Positions 18,768-26,835 of a stretch of 64,000 nt of DNA are shown here, in pieces. The DNA is taken from positions 723 to 64,722 of the forward strand of contig JBDKFE010000090.1 in NCBI GenBank assembly GCA_039798885.1. Reading direction: 5' to 3'. A model generated the notes under the pieces. That model was not told where the DNA came from and ran no database searches. It saw nothing but the letters and a program-made list of their open reading frames with translations. This stretch comes from Pseudomonadota bacterium (GTDB taxonomy: Bacteria; Pseudomonadota; Alphaproteobacteria; Rhodobacterales; Rhodobacteraceae). A program made the translations under genes and the position numbers. Each line of letters starts with the position of its first letter. Within the stretch, counting starts at the first letter, position 1.

Positions 18768-20009
18768 TTAGTCAGCCGAGGACACGATTTCCACGTAACG
18801 GGCCTGCGCGTCTTCCACCGTCATTTCCGGGGTGGTGAAGAATTCGACCCAGAGATCCTCGAACTGGCCGGTGGTGTCCGACGACCAGGTCTGTTCGCCC
18901 GACGGCAGCACGTTGTCGGGGTTGTTCAGGATCTCGATGCCCTTCTTCATGCAAGCATTGGCGGCATCAAGGTTGACGTCGCCCCGGATCGGCAGCGAGC
19001 CTTTCTTGAGGTTGAAGTCCACCTGCACCTGCGGCGAAACGAGGAGCGAGGCCATCTTCAGCTGGGCGTCGATGACTTCCTGATTGCCGTCCGCCGGCTT
19101 GGGGAAGAAGAAGGCGTCGCCGCCCGTGTCGAGCACCGGGTTGAAGCCAAGGCCGGGGAGGCAGTCGTATTCCTTGCCTGCGGTCTGACCCGCGACCGAG
19201 AATTCGCCCTGCGCCCAGTCGCCCATGATCTGCGCGCCCGCCTTGCCGGTGATCACCATGTTGGTGGCATCGTTCCAAGCGCGGCCGACATAGCCTTCGT
19301 CCACCAGACCGCGCGCGGCGGCGACGGCTTCGAAGACCTTGGTCATCTCGGGCGAGGCGGCGGCTTCGGCCGACTTTTCGACGTTGAGCTTCTTGTAAAG
19401 GTCAAGACCGCCCAGCGCGACGGTGAAGACGCCCGCCATGCCGTTGATCTGCCACGGCTCGCCACCGATGGCCAAGGGCGTGATCCCCTTTTCCTTCAGC
19501 GTCGCGGCAGAGGCCACGAATTCATCCCAGTTCGTGGGCACGGCAAGGCCGTTGGCTTCATAGACGCCACGGTTCAGCCACATCCACTGGAAGCTGTGGA
19601 TGTTGACCGGCACGCAGTAGATGCGGCCTTCGAAGGTGCAGCTGTCCAGCAGCTTGGACGGACGGATGATGTCCTTCCAGCCTTCGGCTGTGGCCAGATC
19701 GGTCAGGTCGGTCATCAGGCCGGCCTTGATCAGGTCCTCGGCATCGCGCCCGGTGTTCAGCTGGGTGGCCCCCATCGGGTCACCGCCCGCGATCCGGCTG
19801 ATGATGATCGGGCGGGCGTTGTCGCCGCCTGCGATGGCACCATCGACCCAAGTGATCCCGGCGGCTGTAACGGCATCGGCCATCACCTTGACGGCGGCGG
19901 CTTCGCCACCCGACGTCCACCAGTGGGTGACTTCAAGTTCCACCGCAAGTGCCGCCGACGGCAGCACCACCGAGGCCATAAGCCCCGCGGCCAGAGTAAA
20001 GCGTTTCAT
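18768..20009 (-). CDS. ABC transporter extracellular sugar-binding protein
   Basis: 413 aa with signal peptide MKRFTLAAGLMASVVLPSAALA. Family-1 solute-binding protein and first gene of the minus-strand operon. Confidence 0.85.
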   Translation of the reverse strand: MKRFTLAAGLMASVVLPSAALAVELEVTHWWTSGGEAAAVKVMADAVTAAGITWVDGAIAGGDNARPIIISRIAGGDPMGATQLNTGRDAEDLIKAGLMTDLTDLATAEGWKDIIRPSKLLDSCTFEGRIYCVPVNIHSFQWMWLNRGVYEANGLAVPTNWDEFVASAATLKEKGITPLAIGGEPWQINGMAGVFTVALGGLDLYKKLNVEKSAEAAASPEMTKVFEAVAAARGLVDEGYVGRAWNDATNMVITGKAGAQIMGDWAQGEFSVAGQTAGKEYDCLPGLGFNPVLDTGGDAFFFPKPADGNQEVIDAQLKMASLLVSPQVQVDFNLKKGSLPIRGDVNLDAANACMKKGIEILNNPDNVLPSGEQTWSSDTTGQFEDLWVEFFTTPEMTVEDAQARYVEIVSSAD

Positions 20010-20015
20010 TGGTTC

Positions 20016-20060
20016 CTCCCGGTTTCTAAATCGTTATAGTGAATTTCTATAACGTTATAG
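20016..20060. promoter_or_regulatory. Two LacI-type operators (CTAAATCGTTATAG at 20016-20029; perfect palindrome CTATAACGTTATAG at 20047-20060)
   Basis: A 14-bp perfect palindrome with central CG, plus a degenerate second copy 31 bp away centre to centre. Both lie in the only AT-rich stretch between the divergent SBP operon (ATG 20009) and the LacI gene (20356). Confidence 0.6.
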
Positions 20061-20355
20061 ATTTGTCGATCAAGCGATCTTTGCGCTTGTGGCCCCCCAT
20101 GACCCAAGGTCAAATAAGGGCGAATCGCATCGGTCGGAAACCGCCTGAAATCATGCCGTCCCACCCCGTCCGGACAGTCCGCATCACGCATCAAGGCCTT
20201 GTCGGTCTTGGCTTTTCCCTGCGCTGTGCCTGTGGGCGCGCGACCCGCCCGATGGGCCGTGGCCAGACCGGCCCCTGCCCTGCCCGCCCTGTGGCCGGGA
20301 TGCCTGCCGCGCTGCGGCAGGGCAAAGCCGCGCTGCGGCAGGAAGGGCAGCGTCC

Positions 20356-21393
20356 ATGACAGATTCGCCCTCTGATGCCCCCGCCCTGCTGACCGCCGAC
20401 GAACGGCCGACGCTGAAGACCATCGCGGCGGCGACGGGGTTGGCCATCGCCACGGTCAGCCGCGCCTTGAAGGACGCGCCCGACATCGGCGAAGAGACGA
20501 AACGCCGTGTGCGCGAGACGGCCGAACGGCTGGGCTATCGCCCGAACCGCGCGGGTGTGCGCCTGCGGACGGGCAAGACGAATGTCATCGCGCTGGTCCT
20601 GTCGGCCGAGGCCGATGTGATGAACCACACGTCGCAACTGCTTTATTCCATCGCGCGGACATTGAAGGGGACGTCCTACCACCTTGTCATCATGCCCTTC
20701 TTTCCCGAAGAAGACCCGATGTCCCCGATCCGCTACATCGTGGAAACCGGATCGGCGGACGGCGTGATCGTGAACCAGACCCGCCCCGACGACCCGCGCG
20801 TGCGCTATATGCATGAGCGCGGCTTTCCCTTCGTGACGCATGGGCGCACGGATATGGGCATCGACCACCCCTATTTCGATTATGACAACGAAGCCTTCGC
20901 GCGGCAGGCCGTCCGTATCCTGCATGGGCGGGGGCGCAAGCGGCTGCTGATCATCGCCCCCCCCCGCGCCCATAGTTATGCGCGGCACATGCTGGAAGGC
21001 TTTGCCGATGAGGCGGGGCGGTTGGGCCTTTCGTTCGAGGTGGCCGAGGGGATCACCTCGGACAGTCTGGGCAGCGATATCGAACAGGCGGTGGAGGCGC
21101 GGTTCCGCGCGCCAAACCCGCCGGACGGAATCGTGCTGGGATCGACCACCGCGACCATGGCCGCGACCCATGGGGCGGAACGGGCGGGTGCCGTGATCGG
21201 GCGGGATTTCGACGGTGTGGGGAAAGAGGCGATCCCCTTTCTGCACCGCTTCCGGTCGGAGTTGATCGTGCTGCGCGAGGATGTGTCCCGCGCGGGGCAT
21301 TTTCTGGCCAAGGCGATCATCGCGGCCATCGAACGGCGCGCGGTGGAGCGGGCGCAGTTCCTTGACGCACCGGACCCGATGGAAGGACGCTGA
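20356..21393 (+). CDS. LacI-family transcriptional regulator
   Basis: 345 aa with HTH TLKTIAAATGLAIATVSRALKD and a periplasmic-binding-protein-fold effector domain. Confidence 0.9.
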   Translation: MTDSPSDAPALLTADERPTLKTIAAATGLAIATVSRALKDAPDIGEETKRRVRETAERLGYRPNRAGVRLRTGKTNVIALVLSAEADVMNHTSQLLYSIARTLKGTSYHLVIMPFFPEEDPMSPIRYIVETGSADGVIVNQTRPDDPRVRYMHERGFPFVTHGRTDMGIDHPYFDYDNEAFARQAVRILHGRGRKRLLIIAPPRAHSYARHMLEGFADEAGRLGLSFEVAEGITSDSLGSDIEQAVEARFRAPNPPDGIVLGSTTATMAATHGAERAGAVIGRDFDGVGKEAIPFLHRFRSELIVLREDVSRAGHFLAKAIIAAIERRAVERAQFLDAPDPMEGR

Positions 21394-21416
21394 ACGACAC
21401 TATGGGAGACGAGAAG

Positions 21417-22472
21417 ATGAAGACGATCAAGGGACCTGCGCTGTTCCTCGCGCAATTCGCGGGGGATGCGGCGCCGTTCAATTCGTGGAAGTCGATCACC
21501 CGCTGGGCCGCCGATTGCGGCTATGTGGGCGTGCAAGTGCCAAGCTGGGACGGGCGGCTGTTCGATCTGGAAAAGGCCGCGTCGTCAAAGGGATATTGCG
21601 ACGACTTCAAGGGGCAGGCGGCCGAAGTCGGGATTGCGGTGACGGAGTTGTCAACGCATTTGCAGGGGCAGTTGGTGGCCGTGCATCCGGCCTATGACGC
21701 GGCCTTTGACGGTTTTGCCGCGCCGGCCGTGCGGGGCAACCCCAAGGCGCGGGCCGAATGGGCGGTCGATCAGGTGAAGAAGGCGCTGACGGCGTCGCGC
21801 AATCTGGGCCTGTCGGCCCATGCGACGTTTTCGGGGGCCTTGGCGTGGCCTTATGTCTATCCGTGGCCGCAGCGCCCCGCCGGGCTGATCGAAGAGGCCT
21901 TCGACGAACTGGCCCGCCGCTGGCTGCCCATCCTGAACCACGCCGAAGAGATGGGGATCGACCTCTGCTACGAGATCCACCCCGGCGAGGACCTGCATGA
22001 CGGGGCGAGCTATGAGATGTTCCTTGACCGGGTGAAGGGGCACAGCCGGGCCTGCATGTTGTACGATCCGTCGCACTATGTGCTGCAACACCTTGATTAT
22101 CTGGAACATATCGACATCTACCACGACCGCATCCGGATGTTCCACGTCAAGGATGCCGAGTTGAACCCGACCGGGCGGCAGGGGGTCTATGGCGGCTATC
22201 AGTCTTGGGTGAACCGCGCGGGCCGTTTCCGCAGCCCCGGCGACGGTCAGGCGGATTTCGTCGGCATCTTCTCGAAGCTCACGCAATACGGCTTTGACGG
22301 TTGGGCGGTGGTGGAATGGGAATGCTGCCTGAAGCACCCCGAAGACGGGGCGCGCGAGGGGGCGGAGTTCGTGCGCAACCACATCATTCGGGTGACCGAG
22401 AAGGCCTTTGACGACTTCGCGGATGCGGGCACGGACCGGGCCGCGAACCGGCGGATGCTGGGGCTGGAGTGA
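21417..22472 (+). CDS. Xylose-isomerase-like TIM-barrel protein (~350 aa subtype)
   Basis: ORF from 21402. ATG 21417 has a GGGAGA SD 8 nt upstream. Family-typical sequence (…CYEIHPGEDL…, …MFHVKDAE…). Confidence 0.8.
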   Translation: MKTIKGPALFLAQFAGDAAPFNSWKSITRWAADCGYVGVQVPSWDGRLFDLEKAASSKGYCDDFKGQAAEVGIAVTELSTHLQGQLVAVHPAYDAAFDGFAAPAVRGNPKARAEWAVDQVKKALTASRNLGLSAHATFSGALAWPYVYPWPQRPAGLIEEAFDELARRWLPILNHAEEMGIDLCYEIHPGEDLHDGASYEMFLDRVKGHSRACMLYDPSHYVLQHLDYLEHIDIYHDRIRMFHVKDAELNPTGRQGVYGGYQSWVNRAGRFRSPGDGQADFVGIFSKLTQYGFDGWAVVEWECCLKHPEDGAREGAEFVRNHIIRVTEKAFDDFADAGTDRAANRRMLGLE

Positions 22473-22473
22473 G

Positions 22474-22534
22474 CGGGCGGACCGGGGGTTTCACACCCCC
22501 GGACCCCCGTGGGATATTTGGGGACGGAAAATGA
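22474..22534 (+). repeat. TATTTGGG-core intergenic repeat, copy 1 (hairpin CCGGGGGT-ttcac-ACCCCCGG + core GGGATATTTGGGGACGGAAAATGA)
   Basis: Core at 22511-22534. The hairpin module is nearly identical to that of copy 6 (58558-58578, opposite orientation). Confidence 0.7.
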
Positions 22535-22548
22535 CGGAGGGTCTTTGA

Positions 22549-23724
22549 ATGGCCATCACAGGGGCACATGTCGCGCGGGCGCCGCGCATCCGGCTGGGCA
22601 TGGTGGGGGGCGGGCGCGATGCCTTTATCGGCGCGGTCCACCGCATCGCGGCACGGATTGACGATCAATATGAATTGGTTGCGGGGTGTTTTTCATCCAA
22701 TGCCGAAAAGAGCATGGCGTCGGGGGCGGACCTTGGGGTCGACCCCAAGCGCACCTATGCAAGCTTTGCCGAGATGGCCGCGCGCGAGGCGCGGCGCAAG
22801 GACGGGATCGAGGCGGTGGCGATCGTGACGCCCAATCACATGCATGCGCCTGTCGCGCTGCAGTTCCTGCGGCGGGGCATTCATGTGATCTGCGACAAGC
22901 CGCTGACCGCGACTTTGCCAGAGGCGAAGCGGTTGGCGAAAGCGGCGGAGGCGTCGGGCGTGGTGTTTGCGCTGACGCATAACTACACGGGCTATCCGAT
23001 GATCCGGCAGGCGGCGGCCATGGTGCGGTCGGGCGCGTTGGGCGATATCCGCGTGGTTCAGGTGGAATACGCGCAGGATTGGCTGGCGGAACCCATTGAA
23101 CAGACGGGACAAAAGCAGGCCGACTGGCGGACGGACCCGGCGCGGTCGGGGGCGGGCGGGGCGACCGGGGATATCGGGACGCATGCGTTCAATCTGGCGG
23201 GGTTCGTGACGGGGTTGGAGGTAGAGCAGCTGGCCGCCGATCTGCAAAGCTTCGTGCCGGGGCGGCGGGTGGATGACAACGGGCATGTCCTGCTGCGCTA
23301 CAAGGGCGGCGCGCGGGGGATGCTGTGGTGTTCGCAGGTGGCGTCGGGCTGTGAAAATGGTTTGCGGCTAAGGGTTTACGGGACAAAGGCCGGGATCGAA
23401 TGGGCGCAGGAGGACCCGAATTACCTGTGGGTCGGGCCGCTGAACCAGCCCAAGCACCGCATCACGCGGGGGGGCGCGGGGTCCGGGCCAGAGGCCGGGC
23501 GCGTGACGCGTGTGCCGCCGGGGCATCCGGAGGGATATCTGGAAGGATTCGCAAATATTTACGCCGAAGCGGCGCGGGCCATTCTGGCGCGGCGGGAGGG
23601 GACGGCGGTCGATGCGGCGGTGACTTTCCCGGGGTTGAAAGAGGGCGTGGAGGGCGTGGCTTTCGTCGATGCCTGCGTGCGGTCGTCGAAACGGAACGGG
23701 GCTTGGGTGTCGCTGGCGCTATGA
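22549..23724 (+). CDS. Gfo/Idh/MocA-family oxidoreductase
   Basis: 391 aa with GGAGGG SD and Rossmann start RLGMVGGGRDAFIGAVHR. Confidence 0.85.
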   Translation: MAITGAHVARAPRIRLGMVGGGRDAFIGAVHRIAARIDDQYELVAGCFSSNAEKSMASGADLGVDPKRTYASFAEMAAREARRKDGIEAVAIVTPNHMHAPVALQFLRRGIHVICDKPLTATLPEAKRLAKAAEASGVVFALTHNYTGYPMIRQAAAMVRSGALGDIRVVQVEYAQDWLAEPIEQTGQKQADWRTDPARSGAGGATGDIGTHAFNLAGFVTGLEVEQLAADLQSFVPGRRVDDNGHVLLRYKGGARGMLWCSQVASGCENGLRLRVYGTKAGIEWAQEDPNYLWVGPLNQPKHRITRGGAGSGPEAGRVTRVPPGHPEGYLEGFANIYAEAARAILARREGTAVDAAVTFPGLKEGVEGVAFVDACVRSSKRNGAWVSLAL

Positions 23725-23757
23725 GGCGTGCGCTGCGTTAAGGGGCTGCGGGATCAA

Positions 23758-23839
23758 GGGGTTGGCCGGAAAACGTGTGTACCGTTTTCCGTGCCGGAGT
23801 GTGTACCGCAAACTGTCAGCACGCAGCGAACGGTGGGTT
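23758..23839 (+). repeat. ~80-nt intergenic repeat, right copy (partner at 9006-9086)
   Basis: See 9006-9086. This copy also contains the 9-bp-stem hairpin CGGAAAACG-tgtgtac-CGTTTTCCG (23767-23791). Confidence 0.6.
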
Positions 23840-23942
23840 TAGCCGACGACTCGGTTAACGGGTGGGCGATGGACCCCGTCCCGGGCTTGACCCCGGACCC
23901 ATGGGGCAAGCCCGGGGGGCGCGGGTCCTGTCGGGTGGGGCA

Positions 23943-25055
23943 TCACCCGCGCAGCCGCGCCCTTTCGCGTTGCAGCCAGAGCGCCGTCAAGATCAGGGGG
24001 GCGTTGGCGATTTCACCCGACGCCACAAGGTCCATCATCTGCGCGAAAGGGATGAGGTGGCCACGGATATCCTCGGCCTCGCCTTCCACGCCGAAGATGC
24101 CGGCGCTGCCGTCGGGCAGGTCCACCAGCGCAACGTAGGAATAGAGGAATTCGCTGATTGCGCCAGGGCTGGGGTAGTAGCCCGCGACCGGGATCAGGGT
24201 GTCGAGGGTCAGGCCCGCCTCTTCGACCGCTTCGCGGCGGGCGGCGTCTTGCGGGGTTTCGCCGGGGTCGATGCGGCCTGCGATGGCTTCGAGCTGCCAA
24301 GCCGCGACATCGCCGCGCGCGAGGGGGCCGGTGCGGAACTGTTCGATCAGCAGGACGCGGTCGCGCACGGGGTCATAGGGCAGGACGGTGACGGCATCGG
24401 CCATGACGAAAACGGCGCGGTCTGCGGGGGCGCCCATGCTGTCGTCGAATTGCCGCCATGCCAGACGCCAGTCTTCCACCGCGAAAAACTTGGCATAGGC
24501 GAGGTCGCGCGCGGTGACGGAAACATCGGCGGGACTGGCCGCGCGGCGCAGCGTGGCGGGCTGGGGCGCCTGCGCGCGGACATGGCTGGCCCCGCGCGAG
24601 AGCATCGCCCCATAGCGCGCGGCAAGGCGGTCGGCGGGGACGCGGCCCATCAGGGCCATGAAGTCCGCGGCCGTGGCCACCGCCGCCGCGCCATAGCGCG
24701 CGACCCAATCCGCCAGAGACCATGGCGCGGCGGGCCGCCAGTGGCCCGGTTCGGCAAAGTAGACCCGCGCCGTGACGGACCGTCCGCCCCCCGTGACGGG
24801 CACGTTCTGCGTCAGGTAGCGGAAGCCGCCTTCGTAATGGTCCAGACGCGCGGCCTCATCTTCGGTCAGGCCGTCAAGCAGCAGGCCCTGCGCCACGCCC
24901 CCCGGTTCCGGCACAATCAGGGGGAAGGCCCCACCTTCGGCCCAGTAGACCGCGTGGTCAGCCAGTTCCGCCTGTTCGGCACGCGCGGGGCGGCCCAGCA
25001 CGCAGTCGAGAAGCGGCCCATGGCACAGGGTGCCGTAGAAGAAGAAAGCAGCCAT
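23943..25055 (-). CDS. trgB: TrgB-like fusion protein: gamma-glutamylcyclotransferase/AIG2-like N-domain + Nudix (ADP-ribose pyrophosphatase-type) C-domain
   Basis: 370 aa. The N-terminus MAAFFFYGTLCHGPLL is GGCT-like. Nudix box GRIDPGETPQDAARREAVEEAGL. It directly follows a TrgA-like membrane protein, as in the Rhodobacter sphaeroides trgAB tellurite-resistance locus. Confidence 0.7.
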   Translation of the reverse strand: MAAFFFYGTLCHGPLLDCVLGRPARAEQAELADHAVYWAEGGAFPLIVPEPGGVAQGLLLDGLTEDEAARLDHYEGGFRYLTQNVPVTGGGRSVTARVYFAEPGHWRPAAPWSLADWVARYGAAAVATAADFMALMGRVPADRLAARYGAMLSRGASHVRAQAPQPATLRRAASPADVSVTARDLAYAKFFAVEDWRLAWRQFDDSMGAPADRAVFVMADAVTVLPYDPVRDRVLLIEQFRTGPLARGDVAAWQLEAIAGRIDPGETPQDAARREAVEEAGLTLDTLIPVAGYYPSPGAISEFLYSYVALVDLPDGSAGIFGVEGEAEDIRGHLIPFAQMMDLVASGEIANAPLILTALWLQRERARLRG

Positions 25056-25073
25056 CGCGCAAGCCCCTTGTGT

Positions 25074-25514
25074 TCAGCGCCAGCGGCGTCCGGCCCATTC
25101 GGTGATCATGCCCGCCAGAATCCCGCCGAAGAAAAGCGTCCCCAGCACCACGACCGACAGGAGATGCCCCGCGAAGTCCAAGAATATCTCGACTATGTCG
25201 AGGACCGCGTCCATCAGCCCGTGATAGCGGCCATGCATCGCGGTGGTCCACATGGTGCCTATCGACAGGACCGTGAGCGCCACGAACACCGCCATCGCGG
25301 CGCTGCGCAGACCCGTCGCCGCCGCTTCGGCATAGCCCGTCCGTTTGGCCGCGCCCGAGATGAACCAGCCCATCAGCGCGGCCGAAACGACCGAGACTTC
25401 GTAGGCATAGCCGACCCGCGTGTCGGCAGGCAGCGTGCCGTGCAGGATGATGCAGGTGACGACGGCGAGCAGGGCAAAGCTACAGGCGGCAACCAGCTTT
25501 GCGGCAGTCGGCAT
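25074..25514 (-). CDS. trgA: Small four-TM membrane protein, TrgA-like
   Basis: 146 aa and hydrophobic throughout. The assignment rests on its position immediately upstream of the Nudix protein. It starts 10 nt after the cfa stop. Confidence 0.55.
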   Translation of the reverse strand: MPTAAKLVAACSFALLAVVTCIILHGTLPADTRVGYAYEVSVVSAALMGWFISGAAKRTGYAEAAATGLRSAAMAVFVALTVLSIGTMWTTAMHGRYHGLMDAVLDIVEIFLDFAGHLLSVVVLGTLFFGGILAGMITEWAGRRWR

Positions 25515-25524
25515 CGGCGGGACC

Positions 25525-26739
25525 TCAGGCGGGCTTGGTGACGGTGATCTGCGTTACGTCACAGTTTCCGCCCTCGAACGCCCCCGCGCAAGAGGTGAGG
25601 TAGAAGTTCCACATCCGCCGGAAGCGATCGTCAAAGCCCATCTTCGCCACGTCGTCCCAACGGTGGTTGAAGGTTTCATGCCAGCGGCGCAGCGTCTGGC
25701 TGTAGGAGAGGCCGAATTCGATGGAGTGCTGCACCTTCAGGCCGGCGCGTTCCACCTCGGCCCGCAGGGCTGAGGGAGAGGGGAGCATCCCGCCGGGGAA
25801 GATGTACTTCTGGATGAAGTCCACGCCCTTGCGATAGACGTCCCAGCGGCGGTCGGCGATGGTGATGATCTGGAGCGTGGCGTTGCGGCCCGGCTTCAGC
25901 CGGTCGCGCAGCGCGTCGAAGTAGACGGGCCAGTATTTCTCGCCCACGGCTTCGAACATCTCGATCGAGGCGATGCCGTCATAGGTGCCGGTCTCGTCGC
26001 GGTAGTCCTGCAGCTTGATCTCGACCCTGTCGGACAGGCCCGCGCGTTCCATGCGGGCCACCGCATAGTCGTATTGCGCCTTGGAGATGGTCAGGCCGGT
26101 GACGCGCAGGCCGCGTTCCTTGGCGGCGTATTCGGCGAACCCGCCCCAGCCGCAGCCGATTTCCAGAACGTGGTCACCCGGCTGGGCCCCCATCTGATCG
26201 ACCATGGACTTGTATTTCTCGGTCTGCGCGGACTCGAGGCTTTCCTGACCCGTGCGGAAGATCGCCGAGGAATAGGTCATCGTGTCGTCCAGCCAGAGGC
26301 GGTAGAACTCGTTGCCAAGGTCGTAGTGGTAGCTGATGTTCTTCTTGGCCTGTTTGCGGCTGTTCGATTGCAGCCAGAAGCGCAGGCGTTCGAAGAACCG
26401 CAGCAGGCCCATGCCGGGGAAGCCGTCGTTGACGCGGTCGTTTTCGGGCAGTTGCACAAGGTCCATCAGCGCCTGCAGGTCGGGGGTGGACCACCAGCCT
26501 TCGAGATAGGCATCGCAGAAGCCAAGGTCGCCTTCGCGGATCAGGCGGGCGAAGGTGTCGGGGTTGTGGACCACCACTTCGCCCACCGGGCCGGGAAGGG
26601 CGCCGTCGACCCGGAAGCGCCGCCCGTCGGGCAGGACGAAGTCAAGCCGTCCGCGCCCCATCCCCTGAGCGACCTGAAAGGCGGGCGCAAAGTAGCGCGG
26701 CAGGCCGGATTGGCCCTTGATGCTGGTCAGAACGTCCAT
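25525..26739 (-). CDS. cfa: Cyclopropane-fatty-acyl-phospholipid synthase family SAM-dependent methyltransferase
   Basis: 404 aa with SAM motif VLEIGCGWGGFAEYAA and the family-typical C-terminus. Confidence 0.85.
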   Translation of the reverse strand: MDVLTSIKGQSGLPRYFAPAFQVAQGMGRGRLDFVLPDGRRFRVDGALPGPVGEVVVHNPDTFARLIREGDLGFCDAYLEGWWSTPDLQALMDLVQLPENDRVNDGFPGMGLLRFFERLRFWLQSNSRKQAKKNISYHYDLGNEFYRLWLDDTMTYSSAIFRTGQESLESAQTEKYKSMVDQMGAQPGDHVLEIGCGWGGFAEYAAKERGLRVTGLTISKAQYDYAVARMERAGLSDRVEIKLQDYRDETGTYDGIASIEMFEAVGEKYWPVYFDALRDRLKPGRNATLQIITIADRRWDVYRKGVDFIQKYIFPGGMLPSPSALRAEVERAGLKVQHSIEFGLSYSQTLRRWHETFNHRWDDVAKMGFDDRFRRMWNFYLTSCAGAFEGGNCDVTQITVTKPA

Positions 26740-26835
26740 GGACTCCCCACGTTTCTTTTTTTGGGCGCACAGTCACAGATACGCGCGTGTCACTCAAGAG
26801 TTTCATTAAGGATCACGGGAACGCCTTACTCTACG

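Noticed and set aside
26805-26820. A second TGATCC (minus strand, 26815-26810) just downstream of the phr stop, as a possible sigma-E promoter for cfa.
   Set aside because: No CGTA-type -10 element lies at the required 16-18-nt spacing (the nearest CGTA is about 26 nt away). cfa is more simply explained as co-transcribed with phr.
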